Assembly (NCBI GenBank): GCA_977017575.1
Contig: CDRNVI010000045.1
Coordinates: forward strand, 62,001-126,000
Source: Paramoeba atlantica
Lineage: Eukaryota; Protista; Discosea
Reading direction: 5' to 3'
Length of the DNA: 64,000 nucleotides
The position numbers and the translations under genes were made by a program. The notes beneath the pieces were generated by a model, which did not search any database, was not told the origin of the DNA, and saw only the letters and a list, made by a program, of their open reading frames with translations. Shown here piece by piece: positions 33,025 through 44,300 of this stretch (the first letter of the stretch is position 1; the number at the start of each line of letters is the position of its first letter).

Positions 33025-36000
33025 GTTTCTGTACCTTGTTGACTTTTTTTTTCTTTTCCCTACCCTTTACAACGACATGTTTTGCTTACTACTAGGGAAG
33101 GGCACACACCAGGCGTCGCAGGACTCTCCTAAGAGACCACGCGACTACTAACCAAAACAAAAACCTGTCCCTGAAAGGCACTCCCACAGACAGGGTTGCA
33201 AAATCTGCTACCCGAACCGTCCAGGCTCTCATATCCCAAAAGAGCAATGAGTTCCTTACCAGCGACACAGGAGAAGTACCCCCAGCTCCATGCAAACATC
33301 CTTGTAAGGACAAAAGCACCTGCGGACACCCCTGTTGCAAACGGGGTGTAACGCGGCCACATATCCTGGTCACTCCTCACACAAACGAACTTCCCCCTCA
33401 CCCCGTCCCCCCCACCACACAACAAACGGTTCCGGAATGCAAACACCGCTGCAAGGACAAAGCTCACTGTGAACACCCATGCTGCAAACGACACCTGGTA
33501 CGCGTATCAAAACCGGATACGTACAACAATAAGAGAAGTGACGCACCGGTGGATGCAAGAGAAGACGTAAAGGTGATCACGGCTGTGAGTGCAATGCCGG
33601 TACAACGTAGCACACCCTGTAAGCATGTCTGTAAAAACAAACAGACCTGCGGGCACCCATGTTGCAAACGTAATCTTACACCAACAACATACGAACTCAC
33701 GAGCACTACGGCGAGCGGCCAAGAATCCGGGCCCAAAGAAGCTCCAAGTACGCGACAAAGGGACGAAACGTCACCGCCATGCACCCGTGACCGCGTAACA
33801 CAGGATGTGAAAGTACCGAAATCAAGCAACCTACTTGGCATGACAGCGCGAGCTGCAACACGATATCTGTTTTCAAGCCGCACTCAACCGTACGCCAACG
33901 GCACTCCCTCAACCCCGGCGGTAACCGTACGACCTCACAGCAGCACCGGACAGGAACGCTTGTCGTACACAATAGCACCCTGTCCAAAAGACGAACACGA
34001 TTTACATGTACCCCACCCAAGGAGGTTACTCCCCATCAAAAATCACCCACTGTTACCGTCGGTCGTGCCGTCGCATCAACTGCCTGCTCGCTTGCCAAAT
34101 TCCTACTTTTTAACGGCGTTCCATGTCAAACTTCGGACTCCCAAAGCCTCCCCAAACCTAAATCTCCAACACAACTTCAGGTCCACGCCTTAACTAGTGT
34201 ATGCAAGCATATCTGCAAGAGTAAAGATCAATGTAAGCACGTGTGCTGCAAGCAAGGCCTAGGCCCCGCCTCCGAACAAGCAGACCGTGTCGAGCCCTGT
34301 AAGCATAAATGTAAGAACAAAGCAGGGTGCGGCCATCCTTGCTGCAAACGCACTGGCACACCGTTGACTTCGCTTGACACACCGATAAGCAAACTGGATG
34401 GGCAGGATACTCTACCCACCGGCCCATGTACCCTTCCCAAGAATCTCGTCACACCGTCCCTAAACACAACCATTACGACAGCTGACCGTGCCGTTGCCAG
34501 GGAACCAGCCATCCCGACTCCCAAAAACAAGGCACCGGAAAGTATCATTCTCTTGGACTCATCTTCCCCAGCACACCAACACAGTCCGCGGAATGAGAAT
34601 GGCGATGACGAAGTCCCATCCTGGGTTTTCCAACAAGCGCACAGCGTAGGGCGAATACAAAGCCCGCCGCTTGAACAAGGAAGCCTCTTACCCCCATCAC
34701 AACTGGACACCCATTTACATTCGGATGAATCCGATGATCCCCAGATTCCCACACAAACTCCCGACAGCCCGTTACAGTATCTCCCGCCGCCACAGGACCC
34801 CACGCATCCCGTAACCCATAACCGACACAAGCAACGTTTCCACTTTATCCAGTCCCGGTCAAAACCTGTCAAACTCCGCCTCGTCAACGGCAACACATGG
34901 AGATATTTCCCGGATGTGCATGCAGCATGCGTAAGCCAACTTGTGCGTAGTCGTATCCCTTCCCCCCAGGGGGCTGAAGCCGCCCTGTCCAAAGCGCTCA
35001 ATGGGAAAAGTGCAGCACACGACATCGTCGTAGAAACGTGTACCGTAGACGAACTTATGGAAAAGAGAGCGTGTGACTTTTTTAGAAGTTAGTAGAGTAG
35101 ACTCAACAAGTCACATTTCTCGCCACGCGAACTGGGTATCTCTTTTTCACGACAGCCGCCTGGAATTATACAACCACTACGCATCACCTAGCTCAATGGG
35201 TAAAGCAGTAAATAAGGTACTGAACGGGAGAGCGGTCCCTGGGTTATCGGCGTTTCGGATCGTTCTGCTCCTTCGCACCGACGACAAAGAAGAAGTACAG
35301 CCATCAAAGCCCCAAACGGTCCCAACACTTCCACCATACGAGATTATTTCGCGTGACCACGCCTCCTCCTTGAAGCGGACGCACCCATGCCAACATCGAT
35401 GCATAAGTAAACTCAAATGCAGCCATCCATGCTGCAAAATCTATGGACCATCCCTCGATCAGGGAATCGAAGGAGACTCTGGGGGGAGCCCCAACGCAGG
35501 ACAAGAGCAAGAATACCCCGAACTTAACCCCCCCACTTCCGCTTCCTCTCCGAGACCACTCGACGAGACGGAGTACCTTTTCCGCACGGCACGATACATC
35601 CAGGGGGGCAAGTTAAACATAAACCTGGCTGACGCGCACTGGCACGAGGTGGAACGTAAGGCCCTCCACAGATGCAACACCTTGCTCACTGTCTCTGGCG
35701 ACGCACTCTCCGCCGTCCATAACGCAGAACTACTGAGTGCAATACTAGCGGTGTCGGCATATGAAGTGGCGCGAGACGTCGACTCCAGGAAGGGTTTCAT
35801 TATCCGAACGGCTCGAGGACACATAAAGGGGAAAGTCCGTCCATTAGAAAGCGAAAAAGTTGCCTTTTCCTTCTCTCGACATGTAAAACAACTACAAATG
35901 AAGCTGCGATACACACACGGCAAGGCTCCCCGCATGGCGTTGAAACAAAAGATTAAGGAAACCAAAAAGGCGGAACGTATATACAGCGCAGAAGCCATGG

Positions 36001-38606
36001 CCCAAAAACGGGAACTGGAAAGTCGCTGGGCACTTCAACAATTCAACCGCAATCCATGGACGGCTGCGAGTCAAACCTTGGACAAAAGGACAGAAGCAGA
36101 AAGTGTACCGGCCTATCCGACTTGCAATGTACAGAAAGTGGAAAGTGTGTTCACAACATTACTTACGGACCCCACTACAGTGCATCACTTACCACCCCAC
36201 GACGTCCTCGGAAACCGTCCTCTGGCAGAAATGACCTGGGACGAACTGGCTTCAATCGACATTTCGAACGCTCTCACATCAAAGAAAAACAGCAGTGCTC
36301 CAGGCCAGGACTCCATTACGTACCAGACTCTAAAGCGATGCCACAGCTCCCACACCCACATGGCGAACGTCTTCAACGCGCTAGTGCGCTTCAGCACATG
36401 TCCGACGTCGTGGAAAATATCCGTCACTCGCCTCATTTACAAAAAAGGGGAGCCTGACAACCCACAAAACTGGCGTCCCATCGGCCTGACTAGCGTACTA
36501 GGGAAACTCCTGCATTCCATCATCAGCCGGAAAATGACGAAATTCCTAATTGAAGCCTCTGTCATTGACCCCAAGATACAGAAAGGCTTTCTCCCCGCCA
36601 TTAACGGTACTCTCGAACATACGCAATCCCTCTCAGAGCTCCTACGCCACTACCGGAAGAACAAGTGGAACTACTGCATGGCCCAGCTAGACCTCAGTAA
36701 CGCCTTTGGTTCAGTCCCCCGCAACATCATCTTTGAAGCACTGGAATGGGCGAGAATCTCCCCAAACATTATTAAATACGTCCAATGTTTATACACTGAT
36801 GCAAGTACCCGCATTAAATGTTACGAAGGTCTGTCCAGCGCGATCCCAGCTAAACGAGGTGTCTTACAAGGTGACACTCTCTCTCCTACGCTCTTTCTGG
36901 TGATTATGGAGCTAGCCCTACGTTACATGGCAAAATCGTTTCCCTCATTTGGATTGAACCTCCCTGGATTTCCAAAAAGCTTCCTAAAAGCGTACGCCGA
37001 CGATCTCACGGTCCTGACGAATAGTGAAAAAGAAATGCAACTGGCTGTTGAAACACTATCCACGGTACTCGGTTCGCTTGGCCTTTCCATCAACGTGAAA
37101 AAGTGCAGAGTCCAATATATGGCGTCCAAGAAAAATGATGAACACCCCGGCTACATGACACGACGTCCTCAAATTTTCATCAAGAACGAAGCTATACCGC
37201 ATATATGCGACGAAGGAAGTACGTTTCTTGGCATGAATATTGCCCTCGGTTCTCAACAATCCCGAGCCCTTTTCACGAAAGTTAGGCCCTTATTGAAGCG
37301 ATGGCTTCATAACATTGACCAGTCGGCCCACGACCTCCCATCAAAAATTTGGATATATCAACACGCAATCATCTCTCGGCTACGCTTCACCTTTACTATA
37401 CACCCATGTATCACGCTAAACTTTATTTTACGTCTTCAGAAAATGTGTACTCACTCTCTGAAACGGTGGATCAATGCGGCTAGAACTACATGCAGCGAAG
37501 CAATCTACTCTCAGCGTGGATGGAACATCTGCAGCTTGTCCAGACTCTGGGAGGACTGTACAGCTGATCTTCTCTGTCAAATGAAGCGGTCCCGAGACCC
37601 GAACGTTACCGCCGCACTGCAGGAAAGAATACGGGCTGAAGAACATAAGCGCAGGAAAGGCCAAATTCGACCAGCATGTGACATCACACATACTGGAGGA
37701 TCGCGACCTCGCAAAACGAACTCTTCTTGAGCTTAATGAGGACCGAATGATCAACGCACTACGCCGCAGGTCAACGTTCGCTATTCAGTGGTGGGATATT
37801 GCCTCCGAGGAAGAACAGGCGAAAGATTTCAGCGCCGCGATAAACGGATTACGTAGCACTTCCCTTAGCCGCTTCGCAACTTCTTTAATGGTACAAAACA
37901 CTCTCCCTACTAGGACAATGCTGAGGACATGGGGAATTCACGGCACAGATACAGTACAATGCCGAATTTGTAAACAAGAACCGGAAACATTACGACACCT
38001 CTTATCCTCGTGCAAGGTATCACTAGAACAGGGACGTTACACATATCGCCATGATTGTGTACTCTCCACCTTTGCAAACGCGATACTCTCTTCCCCCCAT
38101 ACCGCAGAGGCACATTTTGATCTCCCACACCTACGTCAACTACCCGCATGGTGGTCCGACCTGGAAACACAGCTTCGCCCAGATGGAATCGTCAAACTTA
38201 ACGACGGAACTGAATTTATCGTTGAGTTGACGATTCCCTGGGAGGAAAACGTACACGAAGCCCACTGCCGAAAAGTAGAAAAGTACATAAATATTCTACA
38301 CCGACGAAAAATAAGGTACTCAGACTGCCACTTGATATGCTTTGAAGTTGGAGCTAGAGGTCTCCCTTCTACGACGCTGCGTCACATCAACCGTCTCTTT
38401 TTGGGTGACAAGGCACTCTCAGATAAGTGCCGTGTCGAAGTCATCCGAACGGCGATCCGGAGCAGCTTTCAACTCTGGCTGAAAAGGGAATCCCCTTTAT
38501 GGGACAACCAAAGCTTTGGTTAGCAAATGGTCTAGCAGGCGACGTCATATGCGTACGTCCTGTTAGACTTTATTACTCTACAGGTAATGCCCTGTATAGA
38601 TATAAT
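33025..38606 (+). mobile_element. HERO-like RLE non-LTR retrotransposon, near full length, SL-exon 5' end, four frameshifts
   Basis: Six CxHxCxxKxxCxHxCCK fingers; RT (NWRPIGL, QKGF, LDLSNAFGSV, GVLQGDTLSP, YADD); CRICKQEPETLRHLLSSC, RYTYRHD, LRPDG, VELTIPWEEN, FEVGARG. Ends defined by the empty-site homolog at 18480-18590. Confidence 0.9.
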
Positions 38607-38774
38607 TTCCCTAGCACCCCTCGTGCGAAAAATAAGGGTGGGTGCCTTTTTGATGCGGAGGGGTTTAATAGATGGTTGTTAATAATAGACGAACTCCCCC
38701 TTTAGAAAATTTAAACCGCTGGAATCACTTTTCATGATAAAGTAACTCTGTACTCCGTGAGAGAGCTCGAAACC

Positions 38775-38872
38775 CACATGGCACAAGTATTTAATGATGT
38801 GCTCAAATTAGGCGATTGCCCTTCAACGTGGAAGACTGCTGTGACTCAGCTGATACAGAAAGGATCTGTTTG
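38775..38872 (+). pseudogene. short RT fragment of a second R2/HERO-type family
   Basis: THMAQVFNDVLKLGDCPSTWKTAVTQLIQKG versus THMANVFNALVRFSTCPTSWKISVTRLIYKKG in the adjacent element. Confidence 0.65.
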
Positions 38873-39203
38873 TGTCTTCTCCATATAGTATGCATTTTGC
38901 ACGATGGACACAGTAGACGTGGAACATAGTAGAAATCATCGATGGTTGCACTGCTACCAAGCGATATTGATAACATAGTGTCCGAGCTGAAGCTAAAACA
39001 TGTCACTGTAGTGCACAGTTCCCGCTGGTTTTAGGTCTTTTGAGAATAAGAATAGAAAAACAAATAATGCATGGGATCATGTCCAACTCCCTACCTCCCA
39101 CCATGAGGGAGCTGCTCACTGGGGCGTCCCTCAAACTCTTTACCAAGCCGGGCGCCCCGGTTGGGCCCCATTCCTCTTACCAATGCTTCCTAAAGGTTGC
39201 GGG

Positions 39204-39600
39204 ATAAAGATACAGTTTCTGTGCCTTGTTGGTACATTTTCCCTAGCTCATCCTTTCTTTTCCCGGAAACGGGCATACTCTTAACCTTTCATGTATGTCC
39301 GTTTCCGACTGGCGCTAGGGCCGGAAACTCTTCTTTCCGTTGAAGAGGGGCCGCAGCTTCGCACACCCGTGCAGCGGGTCAGACGCGCCGAGTGCCCCCG
39401 CTGGATGGACGCCAGGGAGAGCCTCTTAACGACGCTGCGTAGCCGAAAGGCTTCTTGCAGCCTCTCAACGACGCCCCCCGCAGTGGAAGTCCAGTGCCCC
39501 CTTCACCCCCCCATGCGCTGCAGGACCTCCCTGGAGGACCATGCGGCGTGGCCATAGGCCGAATCCCTGCGTACGACCGGCGTTGAATGCGCTGTAATGG
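39204..39600 (+). mobile_element. SL-headed element, copy 3 (diverges after ~150 bp)
   Basis: ATAAAGATACAGTTTCTGTGCCTTGTTG|GTAC at 39204-39235, then the conserved hairpin GGAAACGGGCATAC...GTATGTCCGTTTCC; 3' limit approximate. Confidence 0.7.
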
Positions 39601-39780
39601 CCGTTGATAACAGTTGTCGTACGTCAGGCGCTCACTCTTCAGGTTTTGCCCCGCATGAAATATAAATAAATACTGGAAAAAGTGAGAGAAAACCTACCCT
39701 CCTACTTTCAAGGCATTTAATTTGGGGCGCAGTACACCCAAGGGTGCGAACACATAATCTACAGTGTTCGTCAACACTTT

Positions 39781-40210
39781 AGGGACAGACCGGGCGAGGT
39801 CACAGTGGCAGCCGACTTCGAGAATGCCTTCAACAGCATCTCGAGGTCGGCCATCTTCAGGGCCCTAAAGGGAGACTCCAAGCTACTCCCCCTTGAAGGT
39901 ATCAACCTCTTCGGCTACGGGAAGCCTAGCACCCTACACCTTGGGGAAGGAATCTCCATAATGAGCTCCAGGGGGGGGTAAAACAAGGGGACCCCATGGC
40001 CCCAATCCTATTCGCCATAGGAATCCAAGGGGACATAGCCAAGGTGGCGGCTAAGTTCCCAGGCTCCCTCAAAATATGGGCTTACCTTGACGATGTCACC
40101 TTCGCGGGTGAACCAAAGGTATGTGGGGCGGCTCTGGAGGTTCTTGAGAGGGAGATCAAGCACCTTGGGCTTAACACGGGGTAAACTATAGTGGCCACCC
40201 GCCAACACAG
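39781..40210 (+). pseudogene. CRE/SLACS-clade reverse transcriptase fragment
   Basis: AADFENAFNSISR, (G)VKQGDPMAPILF, WAYLDDV, GLN; frameshift in a G8 run and a TAA; a related domain-1 relic lies at ~39085-39200. Confidence 0.8.
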
Positions 40211-40823
40211 CCTCTACTCAGAGTTCTCCGGAAACAGAATGGTTCACTCCCATGGACAGACATTCCCCTAAACAAAATAAACATTACTGGTGATTTTGCT
40301 CTATTATTTTGTTTTACTCTATTATTTGTAGGAACCCCGATTGGTTCGGCAAACCACTGCAGCGCTTTTCTCCACACGAATGCGTTACTCCATCTATCGC
40401 TATCTACATTGCGGACAATAAAGAGAATCGAAGACCCACAAGTCGCGTTGACACTGCTGTCTCTTTCATAAATAATTATATCTGAAAAAGCTCCTAAAAA
40501 TGAGAAAATGAAGACTTTTTTTGATCACTCATTTCCCATCACCGCGAGAATAAATATTGGATGGGGGACAATTCTGGTACGTGGGTCGCTGAAGTTCAAG
40601 GTGGTTTTATCGCTTTTTTGGCGTAATATAGAATTTCCATATCGAATATGGAAATGAATATTAGCCATCGTAAACGGATATTATCAAATTGATAATCTCT
40701 GTAGAATCTTTTCTTCATTTCATCATGAAAAGCGCTACAATTTTCCAAAATCGGCGACGTTTTACGAATCTTAAATTCGTACACCCCGTGAATACAAGTG
40801 TAAATCGGTTTTTTGAACCTCCA

Positions 40824-41513
40824 CTAACTAAAATTTTTAGGTTGAAGCGTAGGAGCCTGTGAACGAAACATTCTCGAGCTCTCCCCCGGAAGCCATTTCA
40901 CCTTTCCTTCCTCCCCCTTCTCCCCACGAGCATTCCCCTCCCCACCTCCTATCCTCCCCTCACTCGAGGACGTTCCACTCGTGATCGCCCCCGTATTCCC
41001 CTGCCCCCCCGTCACCCCACACCCCTTGGGGCACCCCTTCCCCAGAACCGTTCGACGGTCCAGGGACATACAGTAGCGCTCCCCACACCCCCCGCACACC
41101 CACCACAGGGGCTGCACGGTGGTGTTGATCACCACCGCGGGGTGCAGGTGGCGGGGGTTGCGCTCGTAGTCCCACTCCGCGGCGATCGCGGGGTGGGTCT
41201 CCCGCAGCCGCGTGTGTCGGCCGTAGACCACATAGTTAAACGTACACATGGAGCGGCAGTTGGCGATACGTGTGGTCTTCCGGCGCCGGGGGTGGGCGGC
41301 GCGGTAGAAGGCGACGGGGGTGTGGAGGAGTGAAGGGAGAGGGAGAGGGTGGGGTGCAGCATGGGGGGAAGAGAAGCGGTTGGGAAGGACGTTGGAGGGG
41401 GGAAGGTGTGGAGGGGGAGGGGAGGAGAGAGGGTGGGGGTGACGAAGGATGGATAAAGGAAGCCGTTTGTAGAGGGATGGAAGAGTGAGCTGATGGGGTG
41501 TGAATAGGGTCAT
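40824..41513 (-). CDS. DUF4379-like treble-clef Zn-ribbon protein, probably mitochondrial
   Basis: LRETHPAIAAEWDYERN..P, WWVCGGCG..Y...R...GCPKGC; Pro/Leu-rich N-terminal extension. Confidence 0.65.
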   Translation of the reverse strand: MTLFTPHQLTLPSLYKRLPLSILRHPHPLSSPPPPHLPPSNVLPNRFSSPHAAPHPLPLPSLLHTPVAFYRAAHPRRRKTTRIANCRSMCTFNYVVYGRHTRLRETHPAIAAEWDYERNPRHLHPAVVINTTVQPLWWVCGGCGERYCMSLDRRTVLGKGCPKGCGVTGGQGNTGAITSGTSSSEGRIGGGEGNARGEKGEEGKVKWLPGESSRMFRSQAPTLQPKNFS

Positions 41514-42421
41514 GGATGAAAGGGGTTAGAAAATAGGGCGCAGAAATAGAGGTTGCAAATAAATAGAACGGATGCGTAAGAATGACTGCTCAAAATAATC
41601 TTCCATCAGATGCGTTCGAATGTTACTGCATATTACTTTATTTTTACTTGTACCAAGTAGAACCAAACTAAAACTGATAAAATGATTCAAAAAGCTGTGT
41701 TTCATCGTCGCGTAGCTCACAACAGTCCTCACCGACAAACTAACATCAGGTTCCATCAACAGACGACCCCTCAATGTACTCCAAGACGCAACCCTTAAAG
41801 AATTGCTTTCAAATATCCTTCTCCCAGGGGTCTCCCAGGATAATGTACAGACCCATATCATCGATATTGGGACAAAAGTCTAGCAGGTAAAAAGTAGTCG
41901 CGGAAGGAAAATAAAGGTGGATTCGTGCGCTTCAGGACAGAGAGAACCCCGGAAAAATATTTTGAATCAGGTCGCAGTCCCCGAACGTTGTATACAGTCT
42001 CGTGAAAACCAGATTTTTTTACAAAAAAAAATAAAATATTTGGTTTTCAATATTTTGATAGCCCCGTGACTTTGCTCATCAAGAAATTTCAGAAAACAAT
42101 CAGAAAAATGTGCAAAGTCAGGGGGAAACTTGTAAAAAGTATGAACTTGTAAAAGTGTGAACTTTCAAAAGCGTAAGCATGAACTGAAAAAGGACTTTGA
42201 TAAAATACGTTACTGATTTGATTTCAACCTTTTTAATCAGATATTATATCCCAAACGCGGGGTGGATATTATGCTAAGACAATTCTGGTGAACTTAAACA
42301 TAAGAAAGTCGAATCTATGTGTGTAATTGTGCATGCCCGATAAGTCCTCGTTACCTTCCAAGTTCAGTATACGTACTTTTGAAAATTCAAACGTGCCTGA
42401 AAATCTGTTCCATTCCATTTT

Positions 42422-42990
42422 GATGTTCATGCGCTCGTTGGCGCAGAGATACAGCCCTTGATGCGACAGCCGATATCATCGGCACAATCCGTATTGACGG
42501 ATGTCGCACCAAGGGGGTTTAGCTCGGACTCTGTCGGTAGAGGGGGTCCAGGCAACTCGCCCTCTCTTTACGCAGCCGGAGGGGCGCACTGCAACCGACT
42601 CGGTCCCAGTCGGTAGAGGTGGTCCAGGCAACTCACCACCTCTTTACGCAGCCGGAGGGGCGCACTGCAACCGACCGCTGCCTCGCGATAATGCGAGGCA
42701 GAGCCACGCCCAGTGGTCCTCAAGGGAGGCCACCATGGCGCATGGCTCCCCGGGAAGAAAAGGGCGCGAAGGGAAGAAAGCCGGGGAGGGAAGAAAACCC
42801 ACTCAAGGAGTGAGCCGGGGAGGGGTGATGGGGTGGAAGCGCGTCCCCTACTTCGCCGAGAAAGAGGGACAGTTTCGGCCTTAGTGCCGGCCGGCAACGG
42901 GCATATAAAACAGTAAGATTATGCCCGATGCCGGGGAAAGAAAAGATGAACTAAAGGGAAAATGTACCAACAAGGTACAGAAACTGTATC
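42422..42990 (-). mobile_element. SL-headed short non-autonomous element, copy 2 (569 bp)
   Basis: Begins GATACAGTTTCTGTACCTTGTTG|GTAC; both ends fixed by the interrupted LRR frame; internal ~75-bp tandem duplication at 42530-42674. Confidence 0.85.
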
Positions 42991-43070
42991 TTTAGATTTT
43001 CCAGCGATCGTGGAAGCAACGTAGTCTCCACTTCACCGCGCAGCTCGTTCTTGGAAAGGTCCAACTTTGT

Positions 43071-44300
43071 GGTGAAACTGAACCAATATTCGCACTTTTC
43101 TCAATCTGGCAAAACTTTTACCTGAACGTTTTATCGCTCCTTTCTTTTATTCTGAATCATGGTTCTGCACATTAATTTTATATAAGCATTGTGTTTTTTG
43201 AATCCATTAGTACTTGTTTATTGCTCTTCTCACCTTTTAATGACGTGCACTGGGTGCGGTGGGTTCTCGTGCCGTTCGAAACTTACGATCAGAAGAATTT
43301 CTTCCTGGAGTGAGAATCAATGTCTGGACTGGATGAAAAACCACTCTCTAGTGGCGCAGAAAGTTATTTGCTACAAGAAAAATCACAGAGCTCCGCACAC
43401 CATGGCATTAGTCGGGAATAAATGGGTCTGCCCCAAGCATTGTAAAGGGAGGTACGGAGCTATGGGGCCGCTTTTGCCCAGCAAGAGCCAGCGAAGCGCT
43501 AAACAGACTCTCCTGTACATCGTTTTGTACTCTAGGGGTGGGCGCCACGCGTCTTCAGTGGCGGAAACGGAGTTAAGCGAAAAAACCGTGATTAAATTGC
43601 GTCAATGGCTGGATTCCCTCATGGCCACAGCGCATATACGCCGACGAGTTCGACTGCGATCCAAGGTGACCACAATGCAATGTGATGAAACTTTTTTTTC
43701 TGTCCGAAAGAGGGGCGGTTGCCATCGAGCAAAACGTGTTCGCCAAGATGGTAATCAAATTGCTCAGACGATAGCGGTCACAACGAGGGACAACAAATTA
43801 TCTGAAATTCTCATGGAATCTGTTCCAAATCGAACATCTCAGAGCCTTCTTCCGAACATCCAGAATCTAGCTTCGGGAAGTCGTACAAAAATTTGGACTG
43901 ATGGTGCCCGCCATAATTTGTCTCTCCGCGGCAAATATAAGTGGGAAAGTGTAAACCACAAGAGACAGTGGGTTACGGATGAAGGTGTGCACACTAATAC
44001 TGTGGAGTGCGCGAACTCCATGGTCAAGAAGCGTCTAAAGCGGGACGGCAATGTTCTAGGTCGAAAGTTGGAGAAGAGGGGGGATCGAATACAAGCATAC
44101 GCAGAGGTATGTACCGGAAGTTTGAAGTGCAATGGGGGTGATACACTGCTTCAAGTCTTACAAAATTTGAAGGAGCACTGCGTATGCCTCCATTTGTAAG
44201 AAGTAATCAAGTTTAAGTGGAGAAAAGTTTAAAGTATAAGCAAAAAGGGACGTGAAATTTTGAAAATTCATAAATTTGCGAATATTGGTTCAGTTTAACC
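43071..44300 (+). mobile_element. intact Merlin transposon (1230 bp)
   Basis: 24-bp TIRs GGTGAAACTGAACCAATATTCGCA and TGCGAATATTGGTTCAGTTTAACC (1 mismatch); 8-bp TSD AACTTTGT at 43063-43070 and 44301-44308. Confidence 0.95.
43240..44199 (+). CDS. Merlin/IS1595-family DDE transposase
   Basis: First ATG 43240; Cys-rich N-terminus; CDETFF, IWTDG, VNH..QWV...GVHTNTVE. Confidence 0.92.
   Translation: MTCTGCGGFSCRSKLTIRRISSWSENQCLDWMKNHSLVAQKVICYKKNHRAPHTMALVGNKWVCPKHCKGRYGAMGPLLPSKSQRSAKQTLLYIVLYSRGGRHASSVAETELSEKTVIKLRQWLDSLMATAHIRRRVRLRSKVTTMQCDETFFSVRKRGGCHRAKRVRQDGNQIAQTIAVTTRDNKLSEILMESVPNRTSQSLLPNIQNLASGSRTKIWTDGARHNLSLRGKYKWESVNHKRQWVTDEGVHTNTVECANSMVKKRLKRDGNVLGRKLEKRGDRIQAYAEVCTGSLKCNGGDTLLQVLQNLKEHCVCLHL

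Noticed and set aside
33092-35025. Minus-strand ORFs over the retroelement N-terminus
   Set aside because: Antisense shadows of the zinc-finger region with no independent motifs.
42870-42900. Hammerhead ribozyme in the SL-headed element (GGCC..GGCCGAAAC on the minus strand)
   Set aside because: No CUGANGA core in any copy, and the stem is not conserved in copy 1.
42960-42994. Functional SL RNA gene
   Set aside because: The first ~11 exon nt are missing in every copy, there is no tandem array or recognisable Sm site/T-tract, and this copy sits inside an LRR ORF.
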